From: Hydrurus foetidus
Lineage: Eukaryota
Direction of reading: 5' to 3'
Assembly: GCA_900617105.1 (NCBI GenBank)
Contig: UYFQ01000460.1
Coordinates: forward strand, 1 to 64,000
Length of the DNA stretch: 64,000 nucleotides
Shown here: piece after piece, positions 23,880 to 45,500 of the stretch
Position numbering within the stretch: position 1 is the first letter of the stretch
Layout of the letters: every line of letters starts with the position of its first letter
The notes under the pieces: model-generated
What the model was told of the DNA's origin: nothing
What the model saw: the letters and a program-made list of their open reading frames with translations, nothing else
Database searches by the model: none
Translations under genes and position numbers: made by a program

Positions 23880-25260
23880 ATGAACGAAGAATTACCAACA
23901 TCTACTTTTCCCCAGAAGCTCTTCGCGATGTCACTGCAAGAGTTCGATCGCGGTGAAATTATACATTGGCTTCCTCATGGACTAGCGTTCAAAGTAGTCG
24001 ATTCTGACAAGTTTTCCGAGGAAGTGATACCGAAATACTTCAAACGTAAGCGAAATGGTCAACTTCCACATACCATGAAGACACATATCTTGAAATTTAC
24101 TAATCATGTGACTACAATCATTACTTTTCAGACACCAAACTGACCAGCTTTCAAAGGCAGCTGAATCTCTACGGCTTCCGGCGTATCACGAAAGGGGACG
24201 ATCACGGCGCATACTTCCATCCCAACTTTCAAAAGGGGAGGAGAGATCTCATCGTTAACATTCGTAGACTACCTGCCAAAGTAAATAAGTACTCATTGGA
24301 CTCCTTCCTATCCGAAAGTGAAGCCGCCAACAGGTACTAACTTGATTACCACTAAATACGACTCCACTCCACGGATCCCTAACTATGACTTCATTGACGA
24401 CATTCAGATACTCGGGTCTCTCGTTGTCCGAATGTGATATCATGGATAGCTTAGAGATGCCACCAAAGAAAAGATTGTCCGGAATACATAACAACGAAGA
24501 GCTCATGAACGATCAAACATCGTCGAGTACATCATTCTTCAACTTAAGCGACATGAAGTCCGACTGTAGCGTCTTCTCGACGATCCCACCAGTAAACATC
24601 ACACCAAGTCATAAACGGCCCATCTCCCAAATGAGTTTGAAATCAACTTTGCCGACACCACATTCGGGTTATCCAACAGCCTCGCCATTGCCAACTATGT
24701 CGAAACTCACTATGAACATTGGTTACGCGAAGCATCTCGCCTCTAATAATTCAGCACCACAAATCCCCCACCATGCGGGACAAGCTGTTCTAGAGCCTTC
24801 ATACTACAGCTCTTTCAATCTCTTGTCGAACAAAAGGCTTCATGGACCTGCAAGCCAAAAAGACTCTCTCTCGTTAGGAAATGGGCAAGTAAATGATCCG
24901 TTCTCGTACCAGCAAGCACATCTGGAAGTCAGAGTACCGCAGCAGGAATCGCAACAACAGGACTATCCACTTCAATCTCCACTACTGAACTCCATGTATG
25001 CTAACAGCGCCAACAGCTCCAGCATAAATGATTTCAAACTCCTCATGGCACAGACGTCAATAAGCGATTTCTCGAATTGGAACGATGGTACCATATGGCA
25101 ACCGAGAGCCTTATCGAGACCCCTATCGAAGAATTCATCATCTACGAATTCATTATTCTCTCAAGATGATACGATCATACAAACACTTGACTACAACGAC
25201 TCTCTTGACGACGTGCCCTCGTTTGACGAAGCAATGGACATGATGATGGCCTCTAGATGA
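23880..25260 (+). CDS. HSF: Heat shock transcription factor (HSF DNA-binding domain plus disordered Ser/Pro/Gln-rich tail)
   Basis: FPQKLF...IIHWLPHGLAF...IPKYFK, intron 24046-24131, then HTKLTSFQRQLNLYGFRRI...YFHPNFQKG. A second intron at ~24333-24407 joins the 24385-25260 ORF. Confidence 0.95.
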
Positions 25261-26038
25261 TGTCCGACCTCGCGGACTCGACGTATTTAATTTTACAACA
25301 TTTCATCTGTACAATACCTCAACATGTGCCGCTTAAGTAATCGCAGCACACATGTTCATCAGAACTCCTCTAAGAAGATTATCAATTTTGCCAGACAGTC
25401 TCATCTGTATTGCGGTCGTGCACATACCCAGAAGAGCAAAGCATACTTGTAATCTGAAATGTAAATCTCCTTTGAATAGCAGGAAAGTTTTATATCAACA
25501 AGAAGCAATCTTTTTGACTATGTTTGTGATGGTGCAACTTTTCTGTCCACATCGTAATGTGAGAACCCCATCATACTGTGCCGTATCAAAACTTGTAACA
25601 CTAACAACTGCGATCAGTATCCCAACAAAAACCTTCACTATCCTGGCAGCGAGATATCGAATTAAAACGTAACAGATACCATGGTATCGGAAGGTACAGC
25701 TAAGATATTTTCTCTAATCAGCTTTCGGCGTTTCGCACGGAAAGTTTGTTTTATCCACAAGAAGCATTGATGGAAACAGCGAAGTTTTTAAGAACACTGA
25801 AAGTTGAGAAATCCACGATGTGATTTCTTCCATTATCCAGTCATTAGTCGACCTTCTGCTCAAGGGGGTCCTTCTATACCCCCTTGTTCTGCTGATGGAC
25901 GAAACCCCTCAGGATAAGAGGAAAACGTAATGAATCGCAGTGGACATTCGTTAATACGTACAAAACAAATAAATGTAAGTGCCTCCGCCGATTCAAGAGT
26001 AATATGTAGTGGGCCTAATTTGTGCATATTCAATATTT

Positions 26039-36190
<10,152 letters not shown>

Positions 36191-36493
36191 GGTAGTGAAG
36201 TAGGCTTCACCTCGTCAGTCCACTGTAAGAACCACAACGACTGCCGTCACAATTCTGCAAGACATTCTCTGTGGTATACAGTTGAGTTACTGGAGAACGA
36301 CGATGTGCCCTGCTGTTGTTGTGTAGTGGGATTGACACTTGTTTTCGTGCGTACAGTCATATGCTGACTGACGTCTGCTGTACCGCTGTACCCTCTGCTA
36401 TATGTTGTATGTACGTATCCCGTATCACGAGCTACCTATCAGCAGGGAAGAGAAGTAAATCTGAACTTCATCTGTGTTTATAGCTGCGCACTG

Positions 36494-37095
36494 ATGCCTG
36501 CAGCGTGGACGGATCTTAAATGTTTGTGACATCTAACTCAAGAAAGTTTTATGCCCCCAGCGTAGACGGATCTTAAATGTTTGTGACATCTAACTCAAGA
36601 AAGTTTTCGGTTGATATGTTTAACACATATACCACAACTTTGTGGGCGAAGCACAATATAAGTATACGGTTATTAGCTATTTGTGATGTGAAAAGCATTA
36701 GGCCATTCCAAATCTTCGTAGTTTTTTTTACATGTACATGATAGCAGAAAGTCTCTATTTTCAAAAATCAGCTGAGCTGCTTTACATGTTTTATGAACAA
36801 CAAATGTAACGTCATTTATTCCTATGCGCCAGGTTTTCGCAATGTGTACAAAATACTCCGCTAGTATCACATGGATACGGTATGAGGCGTTATTACCATG
36901 TTGTGGGATACCAACTAGAAATAAAGTAGTGGTATTGTAAAAAGTGGCGATTCACGGATTCAAAGAATTCATTCTACTGAAATAAAGTAGTGGTATTGTA
37001 AAAAGTGGCGATTCACGGATTCCAATAAATTTCTACTGGTTGTAGATCTATACTGCACATCAACTCTGGTTGTAGATCTGTACTGCACATCAGCT
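36494..37095. repeat. Three separate two-copy tandem duplications (periods 57, ~61 and 30 bp)
   Basis: 36494-36550 / 36551-36607; 36918-36978 / 36979-37038; 37036-37065 / 37066-37095, each pair near-identical. Confidence 0.9.
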
Positions 37096-37552
37096 CCCAA
37101 TATTTTGACAGCAATATTGGCTTAGTTAACAATTTGTCAACATGCCATTTGCCATTTCCGATATAAAATAATAAATGCGAGTGCTCCCTTTTGTTATCAT
37201 CGCACGTAGAGGCTTCTCCACAAAGAATGTGCCAAGGTTCTACAGAAAGTTGTTGATATCACTATGCTAAGGTTCGGAGTTTTAAGTTTTAAAAGTGTAC
37301 ACTTCCATCTTGAATAAACTGTGTAGAATGTAGACACTGAACTATAATATACGGTTGTGTTGTGTGTTGTGACAACATCAGCATTTTATACGGTGTTATT
37401 TTCTGTTGTGTGTTGTGTGCGGCAAGGATTCTTATTCAACTCGGTGCGTAGCATGGGCACAAGAATAGATCCTTTGGATGATTGCAGCTGGTGCATTCCA
37501 ACAGAGACACGGCGACAAACACACCTCACCATATAATTAACATATCAGAAGA

Positions 37553-38355
37553 ATGATCAGAGCAACCGTACTTCTCGCATTCCTGGCCTCTGCCGTTGGT
37601 AAGCATCGCAGACTATCAACTTTTTCTCTGCTTTTGGCGCCCCGAGTTTCGTTTCCAAATGAGAATACCAACTGAAATATAGGAGCATCGGTGCGACATC
37701 AACAACCTTTAACAATTTCAATCCGTTCATTACACGTTATCTAGCTTTCGCACCAATCGGTCGCGTCGCCAAGAATGGTCTCCGCATGAACACCGGTGAA
37801 TTATTCCCCGATAATCCAACTGGACTTGTTGGTGACATCGCACCCACCGGTTTTTTCGATCCTCTGGGTCTGTCGAAAGACAAAGACGCTGCCACATTGA
37901 AGCAATGGCGTGATGCTGAGATCAAACACGGCCGTGTTTGCATGCTTGCGTCAGTAGGACTCCTAACACAGGAGCTGCTGAAGAATCCTCTAGGCATCGA
38001 CGGCCCATCAATTCGCCACTTCGACCTCGTCGACGCCGAATTCCCCGAATTCGGTGAATTCTTTATCGTTCTCTGCGCATGGATTGAGGGATGGACAATT
38101 GTCAACAAATGGGAGCCCAGATCAGTCACGAAAGGCACCGGCAGACAAGCTCGCCTTAGAGACGATGTCGAGGCCGGCAACTACGGATGGGACCCCCTTG
38201 GATGGTACCCAGAGGACCCTGCAGAACAGCAGATCATTCGCACGAAAGAAATACAGAATGGCCGCGTTGCAATGCTTGCTGTTGCAGGAATTGTCGCCCA
38301 AGAGTTGAGCGACGGAAAAGAGATCCTCTGCCACTTCCAGAAAGTTTGCGCTTAA
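37553..38355 (+). CDS. LHCX: Light-harvesting complex protein, LHCX/LI818 (photoprotective) type
   Basis: Exon 1 (37553-37598) MIRATVLLAFLASAV, intron 37599-37744, then AFAP plastid motif. FFDPLG, EIKHGRVCMLA, GIDGPSIRH, KWEP, LRDD..GNYGWDPLG and KEIQNGRVAMLA...AQEL.DGK.IL.H are LI818-like. The LHC family is certain; the subfamily call is by eye. Confidence 0.85.
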
Positions 38356-39017
38356 AACCTTATTACATACAAACAACTGTACATTGATTGAACCATAATT
38401 TCCTAATAATTTTAATCTGTTGCCTGATCTTAAAATTAAACCTAACACCCTCTTGTAAAACTCATGGACATCATACAGTGCCTTCACCAGTGACTAATGC
38501 TAGGCCGCCAGGCAAACTGAGTGGACACATAATCCCGTCTGAATCTCAATCTATGGGTATGCATCCCCCAAAATAATCCGCGCGAAAGAGAAACCAAAAA
38601 GCTGCAGTAACTCCAAGCGGAAAATGAAATAGATCTTGTCTAAAGATGAAGGACAGCTAAAGGTTTCCATCATGCAAACTCCACAGACACAGATCCGTTT
38701 CAGTGAAAGAAACTATAGTTATTTACGAAAAATAATTTCGGCGATAGAAAGCGGGAAACGAAACACATCTCGCCTAAGATTTAGGAACCATGAAGGTTGG
38801 CTTATCAAAAGAGATATATATACTTAATAACTCTTCCGTATCGTACGACGTAATTGTCATAGCGAAATAGAATGCTTCAAGACAGTCTAGTTGAGAAACC
38901 GTTCTAACTTTTAATTTCATGGAGTGAGAAAAGTCGAACAATCTCATATCTGCTCGTTTAATTTTGTCGGTACATGTAATACGCTGAGTCGAAAGTATTC
39001 AGGATATTAGATGCAAC

Positions 39018-39311
39018 CTAGTTCGACGATTGACAAGTGTGAAAAGAATAATATAGCACTTGGCAAAAATTGCATTGCCTGACGATCTTTTTCGGTGGTG
39101 GGGGCACTATGATCTTAACAAGTGGAGGCTCCACATTGGCAGGCTCAATGGCCCTCACAGGTTTGACAGGAACTTTGGCTACTTTGGGTATTTTGGGTGT
39201 CATAGGAAATTCTTTTTTAAATTTTGCAGCTGGTGTATCCTTATATTTTCCCAGTGCTTGAACAGATACGAGCCCGGGAGATGTTTTTCTTACAAAAACA
39301 GGTTGCTGCAT
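39018..39311 (-). CDS. Small Lys/Pro-rich protein with C-terminal Cx2Cx7HxC putative zinc-binding motif
   Basis: 97-codon ORF with biased K/P/V composition ending RQCNFCQVLYYSFHTCQSSN. No homolog recognised. Confidence 0.5.
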   Translation of the reverse strand: MQQPVFVRKTSPGLVSVQALGKYKDTPAAKFKKEFPMTPKIPKVAKVPVKPVRAIEPANVEPPLVKIIVPPPPKKIVRQCNFCQVLYYSFHTCQSSN

Positions 39312-39347
39312 GATTGAAAGCTAGAGGCGCCCTGCCCTGCTCTTACA

Positions 39348-39455
39348 GTGACTGCAGTAACGTCCTACTCTACTGTGACTGCAGTAACGTCCTACTCTAC
39401 TGTGACTGCAGCAACGTCCTACTCTACTGTGACTGCAGTAACGTCCTACTCTACT
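39348..39455. repeat. Minisatellite, 4 x 27 bp
   Basis: GTGACTGCAGTAACGTCCTACTCTACT repeated four times head-to-tail with one substitution and no spacers. Confidence 0.97.
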
Positions 39456-40592
39456 GTAGAAAGTGGCTCTACCGCGGTGGTATCGTCCAGCAAAGTTGCC
39501 TCCGCGTCCTCGCGATGATGAAAGATAGCAAGTCTCTCCAGACCTACAGTTAAGCGGTAAAATCAGCTATTACGCAGACTGTACCATACATATCTGGGAT
39601 AAAAGCGAAAAGTAACTGTCCAGCCAAAGAACCCAGAAAAGAGAAAAGCACCGCTGGAGCGACACGTACTATAGACTGTGGAGTGTAGAGTACGTACCTA
39701 GCACAGTGGGCTCGTACCCCCCGCACTCTGAGAATGAGACCATAGAATATTACAAGAAAGTTCATCAAGACAGAATAGAGATTTCTCAATTTAAAAGATC
39801 TCTGAAATGATAGCTTGAATACTGCAAATGTGAGATTTGCGATACAATTCGTCCCTGCATGAAACAAAATATACTACTCAAGATAGGTGGGTGAGCCCGA
39901 TTGAACTTCAACATAAAAAAAGTGGTTTCAGAACTTTATTATCAGTGCACATTCTTTCTAATCATTTATGCACAGGAGCTGATATTTTCACCAGACTGAT
40001 ATCTGCATTCTTCGTTTATTATCTGGCAGGAGTGAGGTGAGTCACTCCCCAGCTGACGGTCTAGCGTATTCTTGGTTCCATTGGCGAATAAATGTAAAAA
40101 GAGAGTCAGCTCGAGATAGCGTTTAGAATAATTATGCCCACTGTTTCTAGAATTGGGTGGTTACGACACATATCATGGAAACAACCACAAATGACACCTA
40201 CGTGCGAAAAAAGAATTAAGGATGAATTTTACTCCAAAGTTTTATGAGGAAGGGTACGCTGTAAATGATAATGTAGCTCAATAGCAAATGAATGAAATCA
40301 GTGGGGGAAAAAAAGATCTTATCGGGATCGGTATAATTTGATGTCGCCACCTCCGCCGTAATCTGCTCATCGGTTACCCCACTGGCGGAGGCAGGAAAAA
40401 CAAGGATTGGTGAAGTGACAGATCTTCACAACTAAATTGATGTGCAGGAAAGAGCACAATCTAGTTGAAAGCGGATAAACACATTTACGTCAGCTTTTAA
40501 TATGACAGAAAAAACATTGCGGCAGATGCTGATATCTAACGATTTGCTATTCTCTCAGCTAGTTCGTGAAGCCTGTAAAATCAGTTTCTTTA

Positions 40593-41598
40593 TTAGGCCC
40601 CCTCTTCACTCTCACAGAAAAACGATAGTACATCATGCCAGTCATCCCCATCAACATGACAGGGGACCTGTTCTTCGGCCGGGAGGAATGAATCGTATGC
40701 AAACTCAAAGTCAGTTGCGTAACAGAAGTCGTCTATTGTTACGGGTGGTAACAGGTCTATGTCGGTGGCGACCTTCATAGTGGATACCAGTGGATTCGAA
40801 TATGGGTAGTACAAAGGGCGACAGTCATTCTCAAATCTGGAGATCGGTATTTTTCCCGATGTGCTGTTAAAATAGATTTCTGTCTCGTCACTTGAGGAGT
40901 TACTCGACTCCTCATTCAATTCATCTCTGATCGGAGAAGAACAGCTAGAGTACATACCCAGCTGATCATAGTCGTTCGAGTCAGAAGTAGGTTCAATGCG
41001 CAACTGATTTTTCCGTGGCCTTCGATTTATATTACGAGGTCGGCCAAGGACCGGAATGACACTAGACTCCATAGCAATCTTCTCAGATGACGTCATCAGA
41101 GCGCCATCACGACGGACAAATGCCAACTAAGTACATTATAATATCAGAAATCTTTCAGATCATGCGATTTGCGCTCTGTGAAGATACCATATCATTCTGT
41201 GAGGCACTACCGGTTACCTTTCCGATACATCTTCCGGCAAATTTCTTAGAAATTCGCATTGGAGCGCAATTTAGCTTGCGGGCCAGGTAAGAGCGGAGAG
41301 TGCATCCATCCTCACAGTCAGTAAGCGCCCCGGTCTCGAAGTCTATAACAAGTTGATTAGCAAAAGTTTCCTCCTCCCCGGACCACTTCCCAGATCTCTG
41401 GAGGCTGTCATCATCAGCTTGCTGGGGTGACAGGTCCGAATTGTTTGATTCATCGTCCGATGAGAATCCATAGGACCTCTTCCTGTTTGGTCGATTCATG
41501 CCGCCGGGCAAATTGTAGGAGTCGGTCGCTGTAGTCGATGTTGACAATCCAGGAATGATGGTTTGGTCACGGCAGCAGGACAGCTCCATAGGTTTCAT
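40593..41598 (-). CDS. Uncharacterised Myb/SANT-like putative DNA-binding protein
   Basis: RSGKWSGEEETFANQLVIDFETG...TLRSYLARKLNCAPMRISKKFAGRCIGK, intron 41217-41127, then LAFVRR and an acidic/Ser-rich tail. Basic NLS-like patches present. Confidence 0.8.
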
Positions 41599-42194
41599 GT
41601 TGATGTCATCCAAATATTTGTGTCCGATCAAAGCTGGCAAACTGCCAGATCTTCGAACCCAGAATCTAAAACGTACTTAGTCTGTACTTCAACTGGGAGA
41701 ATATCAGCCACAGAAATATTTCGTCACGGCCCCAAAGGGCCCTTTCAACACCAAATTTTTAGTTTGGGGGAAGTGTTGGCAGAGAGACTTTGTTTGATGT
41801 GAGCGGTATGGCACTGTCATCCCATCAGGTGACACTCTCCAAATTTTGAAGTGGACCGTTCTGCAGTCCCTGAGGCATCACGCAACTCTGTCAAATCGAA
41901 TGGACTCGAAGTTAAATTTTGTTATAAAAATGACGCAGTATGGACAATTTATAAATTTTGATGTATGTAAGAGAGGTAAGGCAATTTTCAATAAGAAAAT
42001 ATGTAATTGTAGAAATGCAGCGGAAATGTGACTGAATAAAGAGTGAAAGGAGCGTTTCCGAAGAAAACTATTTAGAGAAATAGTGATGTCAGCTAAAAAT
42101 GGAGATTGGTTTCTGTGCGAAATAATTCATAAAGTAACAGCGAGTCCATTCATCGTGATCGGATTGTCGGTCGGTGTGTTCGTTCGTTACTAAA

Positions 42195-42530
42195 TCACTT
42201 GTTGCTAGATGAGGAATGTTTTTCTATGTATATATGAAGAAGTTTTTTCTGCGATGCGGGGAGGTCGCTTACGAATGGATACAGCGCATCTCCGACTACG
42301 AGGAAAGAGTTCACAAGAACGAATACGACCGCTTTTCTGATGTCCACTACTGCTGACGTCATAGAGGGAACAACTGCATGTACTATGAAGGGCAGTTCCA
42401 GTAAGAGGTCCGAGGGGCCCATGTGCTTGATAGCCTCCGCTATGACCCTCAGGGCTAAAAGACAGACCTGGGGGGACTGTCCTAAACATTCCGAATTCCC
42501 ATCAGTTGAGTCCGGATCCCCTATAACAGC

Positions 42531-42568
<38 letters not shown>

Positions 42569-45500
42569 TGATTTACGGTTGCAGTGATTTGTTAGATATG
42601 CAGCAACAAATTATTGTCAGTTTGGAGAGTGATTGAATGCGCTACCACGTCCTCTTCAATTATCTTCATCCCCGATGATTGCAGAAATAGCATGCTTAGA
42701 GGAATCATAAAGACATACCGTCTCTCGGGGAGATAGCATACGGTAAAGCTATACGTATGAAGCGGGGGGCGTCAAAGCGCGAGAGGTCAGCTAGTATCTG
42801 TTCGCAGTGCAGAGTGATGGCCATGGGGGCAAAGGTAGCAGCAGTGCACAGCCGTGAGACCATGAGGTTCATGAAGCTCTGCACAGATAAAGATGAATGA
42901 ATGTAATGATGAGAGGAATGATGAGAGGGAGAAGAGACATTGTGACCCTTAGGCAGAAAATAGCTAAGTAGATCTGTCGATGGCTTGCGGTCATAAAGAT
43001 TGGGAGAGATGAAAGAGAGAGAAGAAAGAAAAAAAGGGAGAGAAAGAAATAGAATAAGAGTGAGTAATGGAGAGAAAGATTCAAAGCTTCCTTGATAATC
43101 TGTCTGGTGCGAAGGAAGATGCTCTTGAAGTTGCTTTGAAGAAATTTAATCATAGTGAAGAGGAGGACGAAGTCTACAGTGACACAGTGAAAGGGAGGGA
43201 TGGATCTATCCGCACCTTCAGATGTGCGCCCCTATGTCGCACCAACAGCAACAAAGCTTTGCACGCAAGATGCATGCTCTCCGCCTGTCTGATCGCTTTT
43301 GAGCCCTCTCTACTCTCCATCGACCCCTCACCGTCCCCTCCCGTGACCATTGTACCAGATCCGTAGAATCCCGTGTTAAAATTCGTGGAATTTTCATCGT
43401 CATTATCACTGTAATTCCGTAATTCTCGTTGTAACAAATTGTGATTCTCAGGGGAGAAACCAGTCATGGAATTTCTTGTATATAAATTGACATTTTCTAA
43501 ATCTGCACAGAAGGAAAGTTGCTTTAAGGTTAGAATAAAGAATGGCTGCGAAGCAAATTAATAAAACCGTTGTTTTCGACTGAAGCAATCTACAGGGGAA
43601 TAAAAAGTTGTGACAAAATCTTGGAGGAATGAATCCAATTAAATGAGTTCCTAACAATTCTAAAAGTTCGAGGAAAATTGAAAATTATGAGTCAGAGGCA
43701 ATTCATAGAGTGTCTAATGAAAAAAGAATGTGAAATTACTGATGCGGTGGAATTACCTAGACCCAAGTTCCCCTCAGCAATTGATTTGTGGTAAAAGTTT
43801 TGTTGGCTGAATATTTCAAGGAGAACGCTGACGATCTGAGATGCAATGTTAAGATATACAGGAGAAAGGAATAGAGGAGATAGGAAGAGGGAGTGGTGCG
43901 GGAGTATGAAAGAAAGTCGAAGGTAGAGGGTGTGAGAGAAAAACATATAAAAAAAGAAAAAGAAAGGGATTGAAAGTGAGATACAGGAGAGAAAGTAAAG
44001 GAAGTAAGAAGAACCGTATACGATTTAGCTGGATCACAGTAACCCTTATGAGACAAACTTAAGTACGATCTAGAATTCGAAAACAAATATGATGAAAGTA
44101 TCATGAAGTATAATGCATCTAAGCGACCATGTTGCTGCCACACGGGTAATATTACACATGGGCTATCTGTTATACTAAATGGACACACCTGTGGGCAATG
44201 TTCTGCCCAGTAGAGATCATCAGCAGTGCGTACTAGATGCCTCAGCTCCCTCGCTGCCACTGCCTTCTCCACACTGCTACTAGCTGATCCTAGACCCCTC
44301 AACATTCTGGCTATGTCTCGCTCTGACGTCATACGGTCGTTGTTCTTGACGGGGGGTGACTGGTACTCTGAGGGAGAGTCCCATGCGTACTCAAGCGTGC
44401 TGTCGTCAAGTCTCTTCTCTTTAGTGGGGGTCACATGGGAGCTATTGGCAGTGGCAGTTGCATTGACAGTCTCATTGAAGTTATTTCCATGGGCACTGTT
44501 GGCGCTGTATGGAGTGGTGGGTGCAGTGGTGACAGGGGAGGGGGACAGGGCGGCGGTGGTGGAGCAGTGGGGATGATACCCCTCAGGAGTGCCGGATAAG
44601 TTAGGCACCTCAACGGTATAAGTGTTAGGTCGGAAGGGAGGGCTATCCCCCTTCGCTAGCGGTAAAATTTTAAGGGGTGAGTCGCCTGAGATGTTTCCTT
44701 CAATATCCAGTCCTCTTATTTCTGACGGCTGCTCCAAGCCACTTGGTCTGCGTGAAGTGTAGGTGTCCGGCCTTATGCTTATTCTTATTCTATCCCGATC
44801 AACGCTATTTCTGGGGTGCATGAATCGTACGTGACAGTCGCAAGTGCGAAATACAAATATCGATCAGACTTGAAGTGACCGTAAACAAAATTCAACGATA
44901 TCATGTCTGGGCTAGTCAGTGATATATCAATGAAGAAAGAGAAAGAACTGTTTCATTTCCTTAGTAACATTACCTATTCCAATCATTTCTTCCCGCAAGG
45001 GATACTTGAGCATCGATGTCGGGTACAGAGGGTTCTAGTATCCTCTTTAGAAGGGACTGTTGCTGAAAAGGCATGGCGGACAGCTGACTGAGAAAGACCT
45101 GCAGAAATGTTGGGATGCAGAACAGGGGTTAGTGCGTCGATGAGAGATAGTATGAGGAGTGGTGTTGTGATAGATGTATCGCAGTAATAATAGTTGCAGT
45201 GATAGCATTGTGTTAAAGAAAATGCAAGTCATTGACCAAGAGTCACATTATAACTTAAACTGTGTAGTACCAAGTTGAATAACGTTCACATTTTATTTTA
45301 ATTGCAGCCTCAAAAATCTCATATGCGTACATTCCAGACACACAGACAGACACACAGAAGAGTGTAGCATGGCATTACTTGGGGAGTTGCTTTAACCAAC
45401 AGCTCTAGAAGTCTCCTTCCTGCCACCGTCAGGGTCACAGAGGGTTTAGATCCTGAACACCCAAGAATGTTCGCCATTCTTCCTAAGAAAGCTCCTGATA

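Noticed and set aside
39348..39455. Possible CRISPR array
   Set aside because: The 27-bp units are directly adjacent with no spacers, no cas genes are present and the context is eukaryotic; it is a minisatellite.
40349..40391. CCTCCGCC/GGCGGAGG hairpin as an ncRNA or terminator
   Set aside because: An 8-bp stem with no other support is expected by chance.
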